Both the position numbers and the translations under genes were made by a program. From Tubiluchus corallicola (taxonomy: Eukaryota; Animalia; Priapulida), in assembly GCA_030141605.1 (NCBI GenBank), contig JAQGDQ010000264.1, positions 1 through 64,000 of the forward strand: 64,000 bases of DNA, in the 5' to 3' direction. This document shows positions 26,494-38,548 of this stretch, in pieces. Under the pieces are notes generated by a model. It searched no databases. It had not been told where the DNA came from and was given only the letters and a program-made list of their open reading frames with translations. Numbering within the stretch: position 1 is the stretch's first letter; each line of letters begins with the position of its first letter.

Positions 26494-27982
26494 TGCTCTA
26501 GTAGTGTTTCTTAAAGATATAAAAGTAATGCATTTGTTGTATGAACAAGCCATCTTTTTTCTCTTTCTGTAAAAACTGAAGTCTGGCCGCAGATGGTATT
26601 GGCATGGATTGCTTACAGAGTTGATTTTTTTCAAAGTCAATGGCATTCACATTTTCATATGGCGTAAGATATGGTTCGTATACATATACATATAACATAT
26701 AGGCTAGCAACAGCTACCTTTTCGTCCATTTTCAAAATTTTGGTCATATTGGTAGTACGCTAAATCCTTGACTTTTAAGGCCTACATATAGATACTTATA
26801 TCATCGACCTATTTACCTTAGGTCGGGCAATACATAGCTAATACATTTTACACAAGTGGCTACAAGTATTGAAATCCTAACTGAGGTGATGTTACAGGAG
26901 TTTCTGGCCATCAGAATTTGATTCCTTAAAATTGAGAACCTAAACTATATTTTGACACTAAAGCTGTCTTACCAGCTGTACCAACTGTTAGGATATGGCT
27001 TTCCAAACTAGCAATTATAGGCATTGATCTTGTTAGCCATTTTTAAAATGGCAGCCATATTGGATGATGTTCAATTGGCTTCATAAATTATGCTAAATTA
27101 ATCACCTTGTTTGGTTTTAACATTGTGCAATGTTTTGTATGTAAAGTGAAAAGATCAGGTTTTCACCATTCTGCTAGACAATCACACTGGAAACCTGTCA
27201 GCAATTTTGTTTTCACTTATTGGGCTATCTAAATCGGTTTGCATTATTATGGGTCTAGTGGCAGCTTTCTGGATTCAAGAAGATCCAGTTGACTGGAATA
27301 GATATCATATTGGCAACTCAATGTTACCGGTAATTTTTTTTTTAAATTTCTGTTACTTTACGTTGTTTGCGCGAAAAATAGGTGGCCATTTTGTTTTTTT
27401 TCCATTTTTGACCTCTTTCCACTATTTTTTTGAGCTAACTACAGCATTTTTCGCATTCGGTATAGTCAAATTGATAAGACTATTTATGTTACCTACTTTT
27501 AGAAAAAAACACCGCTAAATTTCCACTTTTCTGTAAATGGGACCAGACAACAACCAAAGTGTAAGAAATGTAAGTGACGAAACTATTGTTACGTATTTCT
27601 TTTTTGCGATTAGCGGCTACGCTGGCGGCATCAAAAGGCGGATGACTAAAAACTTTTGAGCTGCGCATTAACTGTAATAATAATATTCTTAAGTACACCA
27701 ATAGTGTTGGCATACGCGCAATTTTGATAAGCCAAAATCACTTTTGCGTTTTTAATAAAAGAAGAATATCTCAAATAAAAGCAATTACTTGTTAAAAGAC
27801 TAAAAACAATTCATGAAAACGAAAAACAGTTGTAGCAATAAGTTTGTATTATGTACTTGCAAATATTTCTTCAGTTTTCTTGTAAGTAAAATTTTATTGT
27901 TCTTCATAAGAGGCTAGCTGACTGCATGATGGGCTGCCTACTATATAAAAAAGTAATGGCTTTTTTAATGATTTAGTGATTT

Positions 27983-28197
27983 TTCTCTCTCTCCCTCTCT
28001 TAGAGAGAAAGAGATAGAGGGAGACAGAATGACAGAAAGAGAAAGAGGGGGAGAGAGAGAGAGAGGAGAGACAGAGAGAGACAGAGAAGCCAGGGAGAGA
28101 GAGAGGGAGAGAGAGAGAGAGAGAGAGGGGGGAGGGAGGGAGGGAGGGAGGGAGAGGGGGAGAGAGGCAGAGAGACAGACACAGACACACAGAGAGA
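27983..28197. repeat. (GA)n/(GGGA)n polypurine microsatellite
   Basis: About 195 nt that are mostly purine on the + strand, preceded by a short (CT)n run. Confidence 0.95.
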
Positions 28198-30667
28198 TCC
28201 TTCTTTTCCTTTTGTTGAAGGTTCTGAAATTTGTTTCTTGGTCGTTTTATTCCAATGTAAGGTGGCAGATTTGGCACATTAAAAATTGCACCCATTTACG
28301 TGCCTTGCAATTAATCTATATAATTACACATGTATTATATTGTAGGTTCGTACAGATGTTTTATTAGTACGCTTATACAAGTACATTTTTTATGCGTAAA
28401 GAAACTGTATTTAATGAACATTTATTTTGACGTAAACCTAACTGAACCTTAAAAAATTAGGCTAACTGAAAGTGATGTCTACACATAACATAATTATAAT
28501 GTGTCATGACCTGTCTGCAGATTCTAATTTATGTGCCAGGTTGGCTTCTCACCTGAATTCTGTAGCTTGATTTTGACCTAGTTAGTTGGTTGTTATAGAG
28601 TTGTGGAAGTAATGTCGGCTGCTCAGGATGACAGCTCTGATGTTTCGTTTTGTTAATTTTTGTTCCCTGACAATAAAAAAGAGGAGTAATGTCGTAAATT
28701 CTTCTCCTTTTTCGTACAACATGATTTATAACCAACTCAAACTCACAACAAAAGCCAGTGTATGATTATATGTTTTCTAAACACCTTTTAACTTAGGATT
28801 AACAAAACATGCAAATGCTTAGATTAAGTTCTGGAAAGAATATTTTGCTGTTCCGAAAAATCGATTTTTTTTTCTATGAAAGGTATTATACATGAAAGTC
28901 AGGCCTAATATTTCTTCAAGCTATTTTTCCTAATAAAAACATATTAAATTGGGATGTTTTTTAGAAAAATTTTTCTCCAGAAATAGAATACTACATAATG
29001 TTTAGTGTACAAACATTTAACTTGTAACAAAAGTTACAAAACTATGTTATAACTTGCATTTTGATATAATTACCTGGCTGCATCCCCGGGAAATTTAAAA
29101 AGATATTTTTATTTGTGTTTTTGCAACTCACTGCTAAGCAAGTTATGAGCACCTGTCGACCGGCCTGGCTTTGGTGGCCTCACCAATTCATCTGCTACAG
29201 TACACAGCGGTGCGCGAACAGCTTGCGCTATAGCGTACCTGACAACTGTCCGTACTGCTGTGCCGCTAGGGCGCACTAACTGCGCGAACTGCTGCGCAGT
29301 ATATTTCTATACTTTCTGCAGTCTCTATTCTTTGCTACAACTGCGTTTTATTCGATCATGACGCACCGCAGTATGTAAAGAAGCCCGTGCACAGCAAGGA
29401 TGAGTATAAAAAACCTCTGCTCCGAGCAGTTTGTCTAAAGATACTGGACCATCAAATTAGAACAGGAGGCTAAAGAAGGCAGACCAAAATGTACATAATG
29501 AAGTAAAAAAAGAAACAAGAAAGGTAAAACTAATAACAAAGAATTTTGTCTATTCTTGTTTAGGAAAGAACTAGACATGATGGTTAAAAAAACCAAAGGC
29601 CAAAAATATAAAAAAAAGTCAAAGATTTGTTGATAAATGGATGGGCAATGATGTAAAGAAAGAAAAAGCTTGGTGATTTAAAAAATTAAAGACCAAAGGG
29701 ATGAACTGGTTGAAGATCCAAAGTTCAAAGACAAATGATTAAAGACAACTTTGTAGAAAACTCAAAGATTAAGTTCCTAAAACAATCAAGATTTGGATAT
29801 AAAGTCCTGCAATTATAATTAAATGGTTTACTATAGCGATTATAATCAGTTTCTTACATGATGCAAGCTTTATTATTTTATTTTAATTTACATGTAACTG
29901 TTAATATTTGATTACATTTAATTATTATCATTCATAGTTTGCCACTTATTTGCTCAATTAAACTTATCATTATAGCGAAACAAAAATAAACTCGAGTCGT
30001 GATTAGGGATTATAAATGTTTGGCTAGTTCTTGGGCTTCCCGTAGGCCACATCAGAATCAGAATAAATTATTGTGAGACAACACAGATCTGGTGTTACAA
30101 TGTATATCGGGCCAAATGGCAATGGTTTGTTAGAGTAATATTCGCATAATAGCAGGACCACGTACCTTGAAAGTAAACATTGAACATTTATTTTAGGGTT
30201 ACAGTAAATATTAAATATTAGGATAAATTGGCACAGCATGGCTTATTGGGAATTGCTTTTTTGTCAGATTCCAAGTCTAAAATAAAACAAATTACTTGAT
30301 ATTGAATTGCGTGTTAAGATTTGCCGTATTACTTAGTGTCAGCAAAGTGTGTGTTAACTTGCAGACAGAGTAAAAAGTAGAATACTCCAACAAAATTAAT
30401 GTTAAATATAGACATTCCTCTCTAAAAGGTGTTATTTTTCAACGAGTTGTTGAGCGTCACAGACATTTTAAAACAAAAACAACTTGGATAGCTAAGATAA
30501 ATGAAGATGTTCAACAACTTCAATCAAATCTATCTTTAGGAGTAGAAGAACTTACGCTGTTAGCTGCAGATAGAAGTGGGTGGAATACTCTAATAAATGT
30601 TGATGCCTCAATGCCTGCAATAGGTGGAATGAGACTTTGAAGAAGAAAAGTTAACTAGTTAGTAAGT

Positions 30668-30965
30668 TGTTGGGAGCGGAGTAGGACACTAGCCGAAGTA
30701 GGACAATCGGCGTACATGGGCTGGCCCAAGTAGGACGCGTCGTACATGGGCTAGCCCAAATAGGATGCGTCGTACATGGGCTGCCTAAGTAGGACACTAG
30801 AGACAGATCGCGAATTGAGTCGTTAACCGTACTGGCAGCGTCTGATGTCTTTGTTTATTTAATAATAATAATTGAAAACATCAATACACGTTGAATAATT
30901 TATTATACATCTGATAAAATAAAATAATCTTATTCTGAACTAGTAGAATGGTCAATATTAAATTT
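30668..30965 (+). mobile_element. Truncated left end of the same TIR family as 53056-53969, with a 30-bp tandem expansion
   Basis: Begins tgttgggagc. From aagtaggacactagagacag to attaaattt it aligns with 53115-53293. Three copies of cgtacatgggct.gcccaagtaggacgcgt lie at 30711-30797. Confidence 0.8.
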
Positions 30966-31013
30966 CGTAAATGCTTAATATTATTATACCTGAAACAGTA
31001 CATGTGTTATACT

Positions 31014-31724
31014 TAGGGTTACCATATTTTCTGAGTTGAAAAAGAGGACACTTTTTTGCACACTTGTAAGTAGACAAAAATGACCAGTCTAGGGTCTATT
31101 AAAACAATGCGAAATAAAATGCAAATTATACAAATAGACCTACATGTATTCTAATAGCAATACCAAATGGCTATACTGCAAAAAACATTAACACGCTGCA
31201 ACTGTCAGTCACCTGTTTCTTCTTGGCTCCCAGAAACAGTTACGCTTGAACTTGACTGAGCCTGAGGCTGAGACCAAGAATACTTTTCCGAAGACAGAAT
31301 TGCTTTCAACTGCAAAACAGCGAAACTATACAAATTTAAAGAAATTCACATAAAAACAAACAAAATGGCTCTCGGAACCTGACGTCATTTTAAGTCGTTA
31401 ACGAATACGCCGAGTATCGACAGCGGTGTGAGTCGTGTGACCCATAGTGATGTGCGCATCGCTTGCTTTTGTTCAGTAAATATGTACACAAAGCTTTTAC
31501 AAGGGTTGCTTTTGAGATGTTAGCAGCATCTTGTATTGAAAATTAACGAGCTTTTCTTTGTCTCGCACTGTCGTACGCCTCTGCAGTTGGCAACATCCGT
31601 ACATACTTTCAGATTGAGGCAAAACCCGGACAAACTGCCGATTTTTTGAAAACCCGCCAGGACTACCGGACAACGGCCCAAAAAGAGGACGTGTCTGGGG
31701 AAACCCGAACGTATGGTAACCCTA
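31014..31724. mobile_element. Non-autonomous hAT element (Blackjack-like), 711 bp
   Basis: TIRs TAGGGTTACCATA / TATGGTAACCCTA; exact 8-bp TSD gttatact at 31006-31013 and 31725-31732; subterminal aaaagaggac and ccggac repeats. Confidence 0.9.
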
Positions 31725-32752
31725 GTTATACTGTACATTTTTGCTGCATTAACAAAATGAATACAAGTATAGTTCTATGACGGCACATTGCAAAACTTTT
31801 AGGTGACACAATGTGGAGTACAATCTTGTGAAATACTGCTGTCTCCTGACAAGAGAAATATACAACAATACGGCCCACCCACGCTTCCAACGAAACATTA
31901 CTAGATAATTAAGACTATAAATAGCTGCCACATATAACTTGGCCTTGAGTCAAGCTGCTTTTACAGCCCTTAAATTCGCTTCAGTTCATTACTGAAACTT
32001 AGCTACACAACTCTTGTACTCTTAAAGTGCATGTTCTTTGTTCAAAACCTCAGCATACACTTTCATACAGTTACTTGCAACAAGACCTAAATCTTAATTT
32101 AAACATCATAATTGTTTTTCTGTTCAGAGGTCATCACAATGGCTATTTTTCAACAACAATTCATTGTACTTTATCTTGGCTGGCGTTATAACAGTGTAAA
32201 TTTATTATGTAAAATAGAGTTTTGGCACAGCAGATACATTTGTGAATGGCGTTAGGCCAGGTTGGCGGTATTCCCTGTATTTAATATATTATGGAAATCG
32301 GGACAGAACAGTTATTGGTGTTATGGCGAGGCTGGCTTTATAATGGGGGACGGTATAACGAGGTTCGACTGTATCTGTCACTACCATTGACTTACAACAT
32401 AATTAGCCTTTAAACTTTATGTAATTTGTAATAAACAACAAAATTTTAATCTGCTGGCGATGTTGTCCAACCTTCTGAATATATAGTATAAACTAAATTT
32501 TGGAAACTATGAAACCACAAAGGTGGCAATGTTAAATTGAGTTTTAGGTATTCAAAAACATACAAACTGCATTAAAAGAGATCACGTCCGATCACACTAT
32601 TATGCCAAATGCGAAGTGCTCACTCATGTTACTGTGCCCAATTAGTGAATGTGTTTATTACCATTTTTTATGGTAATTTCTGTGGATATTACTGAATGTT
32701 AACATATGATAAAATCCAAAATTGATTTTTTTTTACTTAGAATTAGGAAACC

Positions 32753-35700
32753 ATGGAAACAGTTCCAGAAAATGAAGCAATGGAAGTGGAGCCTCGTGAG
32801 TTTACATATAACATTAGCAATGCCTGAAACTGTCTTCATTTGGCTATTTTATTTGCAAATTTGGCATTTTATTCATTGTGGATGATGTCATTTCTATGAG
32901 CTTAATATGATCAAAGGAGGTACCACGTCATCCTGATGCTTACCATGTTTTCACATCTTCTCATATTCACTTAATTTGTGTATTTTGAGCTATATTCAGC
33001 TTTTATCCCTCATGCAGTTTATGTCCTCGCCTAATTTGTGACCTTGCCTAATTTGACTGAAATCAAACATTTCAATTCAAAGGCTGCACTAGACAAAAAT
33101 TGATGTAGTACTACACTAATTTCACAGCTACATCATATTTCATTTAATTTTAATCAACAGCACCAACATTGTTTATTACTTCACTTTGAGAAGAACAATA
33201 ACTGTAACACAAAATAGTTCTATGGCAGTGTACAATAATCCATTAAAATTAAAAAATGAATTCTGGCTGGCCTGTGCAGAATCACTGTAAGTCTATAGAT
33301 TTTAATAGTCTTAATCTTTTTTTACAGGACAAAGCATAAGTTTGCATGATCCATCGGCACACGTTCATTTTAGTGAGAAGGAAGTGGAAGCACACGACTC
33401 TCAGATTCGAATAAACATAGATGATCATAATAAAGTGCGTTCATTTTTCATTTTTAGACTGAATCATGCATTTGCTTAGGTTAACATGGTGCTCGTTAAA
33501 AAACTCAAACTTTTAGTTAATGGGAAATAATGCCAAACTAAGCTTTTTTCAATTAATTTGTGTATAGATAGAAATGCTTGACAAACTTTCCTTTGTATTA
33601 TACATGTGTCATTTCAAACTAGATGATATGCTATGAGACGGTGCAAAAGCCAAAAGGCTGGTTATTGCTCTGCATTGCAGCAACGAGGATTATTTGCTTA
33701 TTGCCTGTAAAAATAATAAATTTTCTGAGCCAGGAAATTGTAATAAAATAGTTGAAATTGCTGCAGCAAAAGATTTTAAATTGAAAAACCTGCAAAAGTG
33801 CAAAAACACCATGTACTTGCCTGCAGCATTATTTTGTCATTTATCAGTGTAGGGCTTGGTCAGTAAATGGATAGGTTATTGGCAGGAAAACTGCCATACT
33901 TCTCCCTGTTATTTAATTCAAGGGAGGATGATATCTGAACATGGCTAAGATACCATTGCCTATTCATCGTCACATTAGAAAATCATCTTTGATAATTAGT
34001 TATGTTCCTGTACCAGCACAACATTTCAATGTCATTGTACTAGGTTTTGCCGTAAAGTGATGTGTCTGGCTTGCAGAGTGCCCCAACGTATATAAAGCCC
34101 TCCTACTTTGCAGCAAGAGTAAATCATTATAATAAGTTAGAACACTTCTTTTCAATAAAATTTTATGCTTCATAGTTATCACTTCTGTAAAGTTCTGTAG
34201 TCTTCATAGCAACTACTGGCTTTTATTGTTGCTATGCAGACTTGCAATTTTTAAGACCAATTTCTCTTAAAATTTGTTTTTGCAGTGATCATATGATCAA
34301 TATAAAAATTTGCTGTTGATGCTCACATTCATTAGTTACTCATATGTGTTTAGGTAACAATACATCTTGGATTTCTCCAATACAAACACAAGTACGAAGT
34401 GCGAACCAGTGTTCCCGGTGAGTTAGGGGAGGATGTAGTAAGCGAACCACGTGCCCATGTGAAATTAGAAGAAATAAGGCCATCAGCATCAGGTTATATT
34501 ATGCTAATGAAATTATGCTCGTATTATTAAACAGTGAATTAAAAACCATCTTCTTCAAAAAACATAAAAGCTCCATGTTTTATTATTTCATATTAAATGT
34601 CATCATGCAGTTAATTTGACATAGATTTTCGACATTTATGTTCGACTTCCCATAGTGTATTCACTTTTCATATAGTTATAATAAATTTTTAAATAATTAA
34701 AAGAAAAAACCATCCTTGAACAACATTCACTGTATATGCGTACAAAATGCGTTGCTTAAAAATCCAAAAGAAATTTAAGTCATTTGTATCTCCCGCTAGA
34801 CAAACCTTGCTGCAGGTATAATGGGCTCTGGACGACGCCATTTTTCATTCAAAATGACAACGATCAAGCTTGAAGTGATCGCGACTTTAAATTTACTTTA
34901 TAATTACACGAGGCATTTAACACAATTTTATTGCTGAATTAAAATAAACTCAACTTCCCGAGAGACATGACTTTTGTTTTAAAAGACTATAAAACTAGAC
35001 TGTTATTACTGCAACCGCAAAATGCGGTTAATTTACTGTCACTGCTGCTAAGATTACAAAGCATTATTCTAAAGCTTAACATGATTTAATCTCCTTTTAC
35101 TTTTGTTGAAATTCAGTACAATAAATTTCAGGCAGTATCCTAGCTTCACAAGACCAGAACCTCAATAAACACAATCAAATGGTCTAGAAACTGGTCCCCA
35201 AGTCAATGTAGGTGTAGAAACTTTCATTATTGAATATTGTTAGGAACAGTATATAGCAAAGATATTTTTATTTGATCTAGGTTCTGGTCATGATTTGATT
35301 TTTCACATACTCGCTCATAAAGAGAAGTTACTTACAGAGACATTGGAATTATCATCTGCTGAAGACTCTAGTAATAGTCTTACTATTGTGATCAAAGCAC
35401 GTGTTTTAGGTAGGTACTTTTGTACAAATATATTTTCAGAAATTGGTTTAAATTAATTTAAGACAAAACCTGGATTAATACAAATACCTCAATTTGAAGC
35501 TTTGCTGGCTCTCAATTTAATTCTATTTGGCACCAGCATGTCAAAGAGAGCTGGACAGTATGAGAAACTTGAGCTGGCTCTGCATTCATAAAATGGAGTC
35601 AGCTATGGATAATATGCATAATAAAAATAGAAAAGATGAGTCTTTAGATTAGATTAAATTTTCAGTAATTCAACATGCAAAGAAGAATTCTGTCAGTTTA

Positions 35701-35991
35701 AAATTTGAATTTCAAATGAAACGACTGCAATATTATTCAGGCATTAACATGTTAAGTTATTTTCCCGTAGCTTTTTGGAAAACTGCATCAAGACTTGATT
35801 GTAATTTTATCATTTTTTTCAATTTTATCAACCGTGCATTTACAATATATATCTTTCGATGTCAGTTCACTTTCATAGAACACTCTATCGTTACAGGAAA
35901 AGGTAAGGGAACGCCTTCATTAAAGGACGGCATTCACTGTATTGCCGTAGAGATGGATGAGGATGATATGAGTGATTGGCAAGGTTTCTGA
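32753..35991 (+). CDS. ADISSP: Adipose-secreted signaling protein homolog (C20orf27/UPF0687), 5 coding exons
   Basis: Exons 32753-32795, 33328-33434, 34354-34492, 35281-35409 and 35897-35991 are in phase. Motifs HVHFSEK...HDS, HLGFLQYKHKYEV, LAHKEKLLTETLEL, KARVLGKGKGTPSLKDGIHCI and the C-terminal SDWQGF match the C20orf27 family. Confidence 0.92.
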
Positions 35992-38548
35992 TGCTACTGG
36001 TACAGAATCTTCCTTCCTTTGTAGATTAGTCCTACAGTGTATAATTGCATGATGTACTGTGTAGATGGCAGTGACACGGTACGTGTCTGTTAAGTGATAA
36101 ATGATTAAATAACTAACGAGGATACCTTCTTTTATTGCATAAGTCACTCTTTTTGATGGCCTTTTGCTTTAAACTGAGTAATGAGAGGATCACATTTCCT
36201 GGCCTTGTATTTTTGAAAACCACAAACGCTGTTTTTTCATTCTATCTGTGCAAACAGCAATCTGTTTTCATCTCTTAGCTGGGTACAAACAATCAATAGC
36301 ACTTGCGAAGTTGTTGTCTTAGATTGTTGGTGATTTAATATAAATTTACAGAAGTACAAAATAGTCATTTTTAACTTTTAAATACATTTTACAGTATTTA
36401 ATATCAGAGCAATTAGGCTATGTCAGTATCTGTTGAATATCATTTCAATCTTCACACACCCGGATGCTGATGTCATAGTTTCTATCTTTACTTTGATTGT
36501 TTGCTGCATATTCAAGGAGAAATATTATTTTTTGAATTTATTGTTGACATTTACAAAAGCTGAGTTTCCGACGGCCTGATAGGCAGTTAGTTTTGTTACC
36601 AGCACGCTAGGTGACTTGAAATTTTTGTAATTTGTAGAATGCCTGTTGATGTTTTAAACATCAATTTTGCAGGTTTATGAGTTGTGGTGTTTCCAATTTT
36701 CATCCAGTAGCAAAACAGATTTGCAGTAAATTTTAGTTTTATATTTCGTCCATCTAAATATTGTATATACCAGACTTTTGCTAATATCATAGATTTAAAT
36801 TAATGTCCAAAAATTGTTCTGCTTATGCTACTGTATATTGTAAAGCTGCAGGGAAATATATAGCAGTCGGAATTTTAATGAAGTTTAAACTGGAAATAGC
36901 CGTAAGTATTTAAGTTGTACCATAACATATTTAATCTGTAAATATAGGTATTAACTATAGTTAAGGTCTCGGTTTAGAGTGCAGTATGTTGTAAAAATGA
37001 AACAAAGCAAATTTTAAATGTAATTTCATTTTCCAAACTACTATACTGCAGGTCTCTATTAGCTGTGCCTTTCATTATTCCTAACAAGGATGTGCAAAGT
37101 GGTTAGCTTTGAGAAAACATGCTAATTGCAAAATGCCATATGATTGCCACATAAGTTGGCAAATTCCAGTTATAACAAATTACAGTTTGGCTTTTATCAA
37201 AGTATAAATGTGCTTTTCAATTGCATTGTTCTCAGTGCAATCTTCAATTTGTGTAAAATGTGTTCAATTCTGATAACTTAAGATAAATTTCAAGCTTGCT
37301 TTCAGTGGAGCAGAGAGGCCATTTGCCTGCAGTAGGGGACAAATTTATAGAATGAATTTTAACAATGAGTACTAGTTTTTAGCACTACCTAAATGTGATA
37401 TAATTCTAACATAGATGATAGGTAGTATATGTTGTTGTTGAGATTTTTTGATATTGTATACGTATTTTCCGATAAAATAAAAAAGTGTCGTGACAATTGA
37501 AATTCTCATCTTTCTGTAACACTGTCAACTTAGCAAGGAAGCAGCAATGCTCAGCCACTGCATTAAGTGTGTTCCGGAAACATCATAATTTGTCATATTT
37601 CATTTATAACGACAGGTGTTATCAGCCACAGAAAAACAAACTTCTTGCAGTAATTCTAGAATACTACAGATGCAGCACAATGTGTAAAAAGGAAACAAAC
37701 AATGTTTCATTTTAATCTTAGTTTTTATAGAAATTTATATCTGTAAAAAACATGCTGCCTACATTCAGTAAAACAAAAACAGATTGTTTCATGCAATGAC
37801 ATGAGTAGTTAAATAACATGGAATGGTTACATATATAAAATTGTAATAGTAAACTGCATAAGTGCTCCAAGCTATTGCACAATAAACAACTAATTCGGTA
37901 TAACTCCTACTTGTGCTAATACCTTTTGTACATAGGGATAATTGTGGAATATGCATTAGACCCTCGGTAAATGCAAAACATTCACACGGGTCACTTGTTA
38001 TACAAAAATATATACAGTAAAACATTATGTACAAGCAAAAGTATGCACTGACTGTATAGTACAACTGAGTTGCAACTGATAGTGACACATATGATGGAAT
38101 GTACAGCGTCTATACAGGTTGACTGTCATGTATTTACATTATCATTTTTGTCCGTGTAGGCCATTGTTCCTTCTGAAACAGAAAAGTTACAAAACTGAAT
38201 AAGCAAAAGTCGAATCATGCTAAGCGGTTATCATTGGGCAGATTGAGAAGAAATGCGTAATTTATGCAAAGGCAAAGACAACATTTACTTACTCGTTTAA
38301 CAGATAACATTAGCACTACGGCTATTTAGCAACTTACACTTACAGCAATACAGATAAGGCTGCAACACACAAACAATGAATAATATGTAGGGTATATGCT
38401 CCGGCAATTAGCAGCAGCTGGACTAGAACTCAAGACTGCGTGATTGCATCAGTACTGCACAGCTAGGTGAATAGCAGTACTTCTGAGTTAAGAGAATAAC
38501 AAAAATGCATAAAAACAATATAATATTGTCAAAAATTCAGACATAGTT

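Noticed and set aside
27894-28367. ORFs of 133, 62 and 112 aa (Ser/Leu/Pro- or Arg/Glu-rich)
   Set aside because: They are translations of the (GA)n microsatellite.
30677-30800. Regular ~30-bp repeats resembling a CRISPR array
   Set aside because: No unique spacers and no cas genes, in a eukaryotic context; they are subterminal repeats of a TIR element.
35989-36070. ADISSP TGA as a selenocysteine or readthrough codon with a downstream hairpin
   Set aside because: The stop coincides with the family's normal C-terminus (DWxGF), and no convincing SECIS core is visible.
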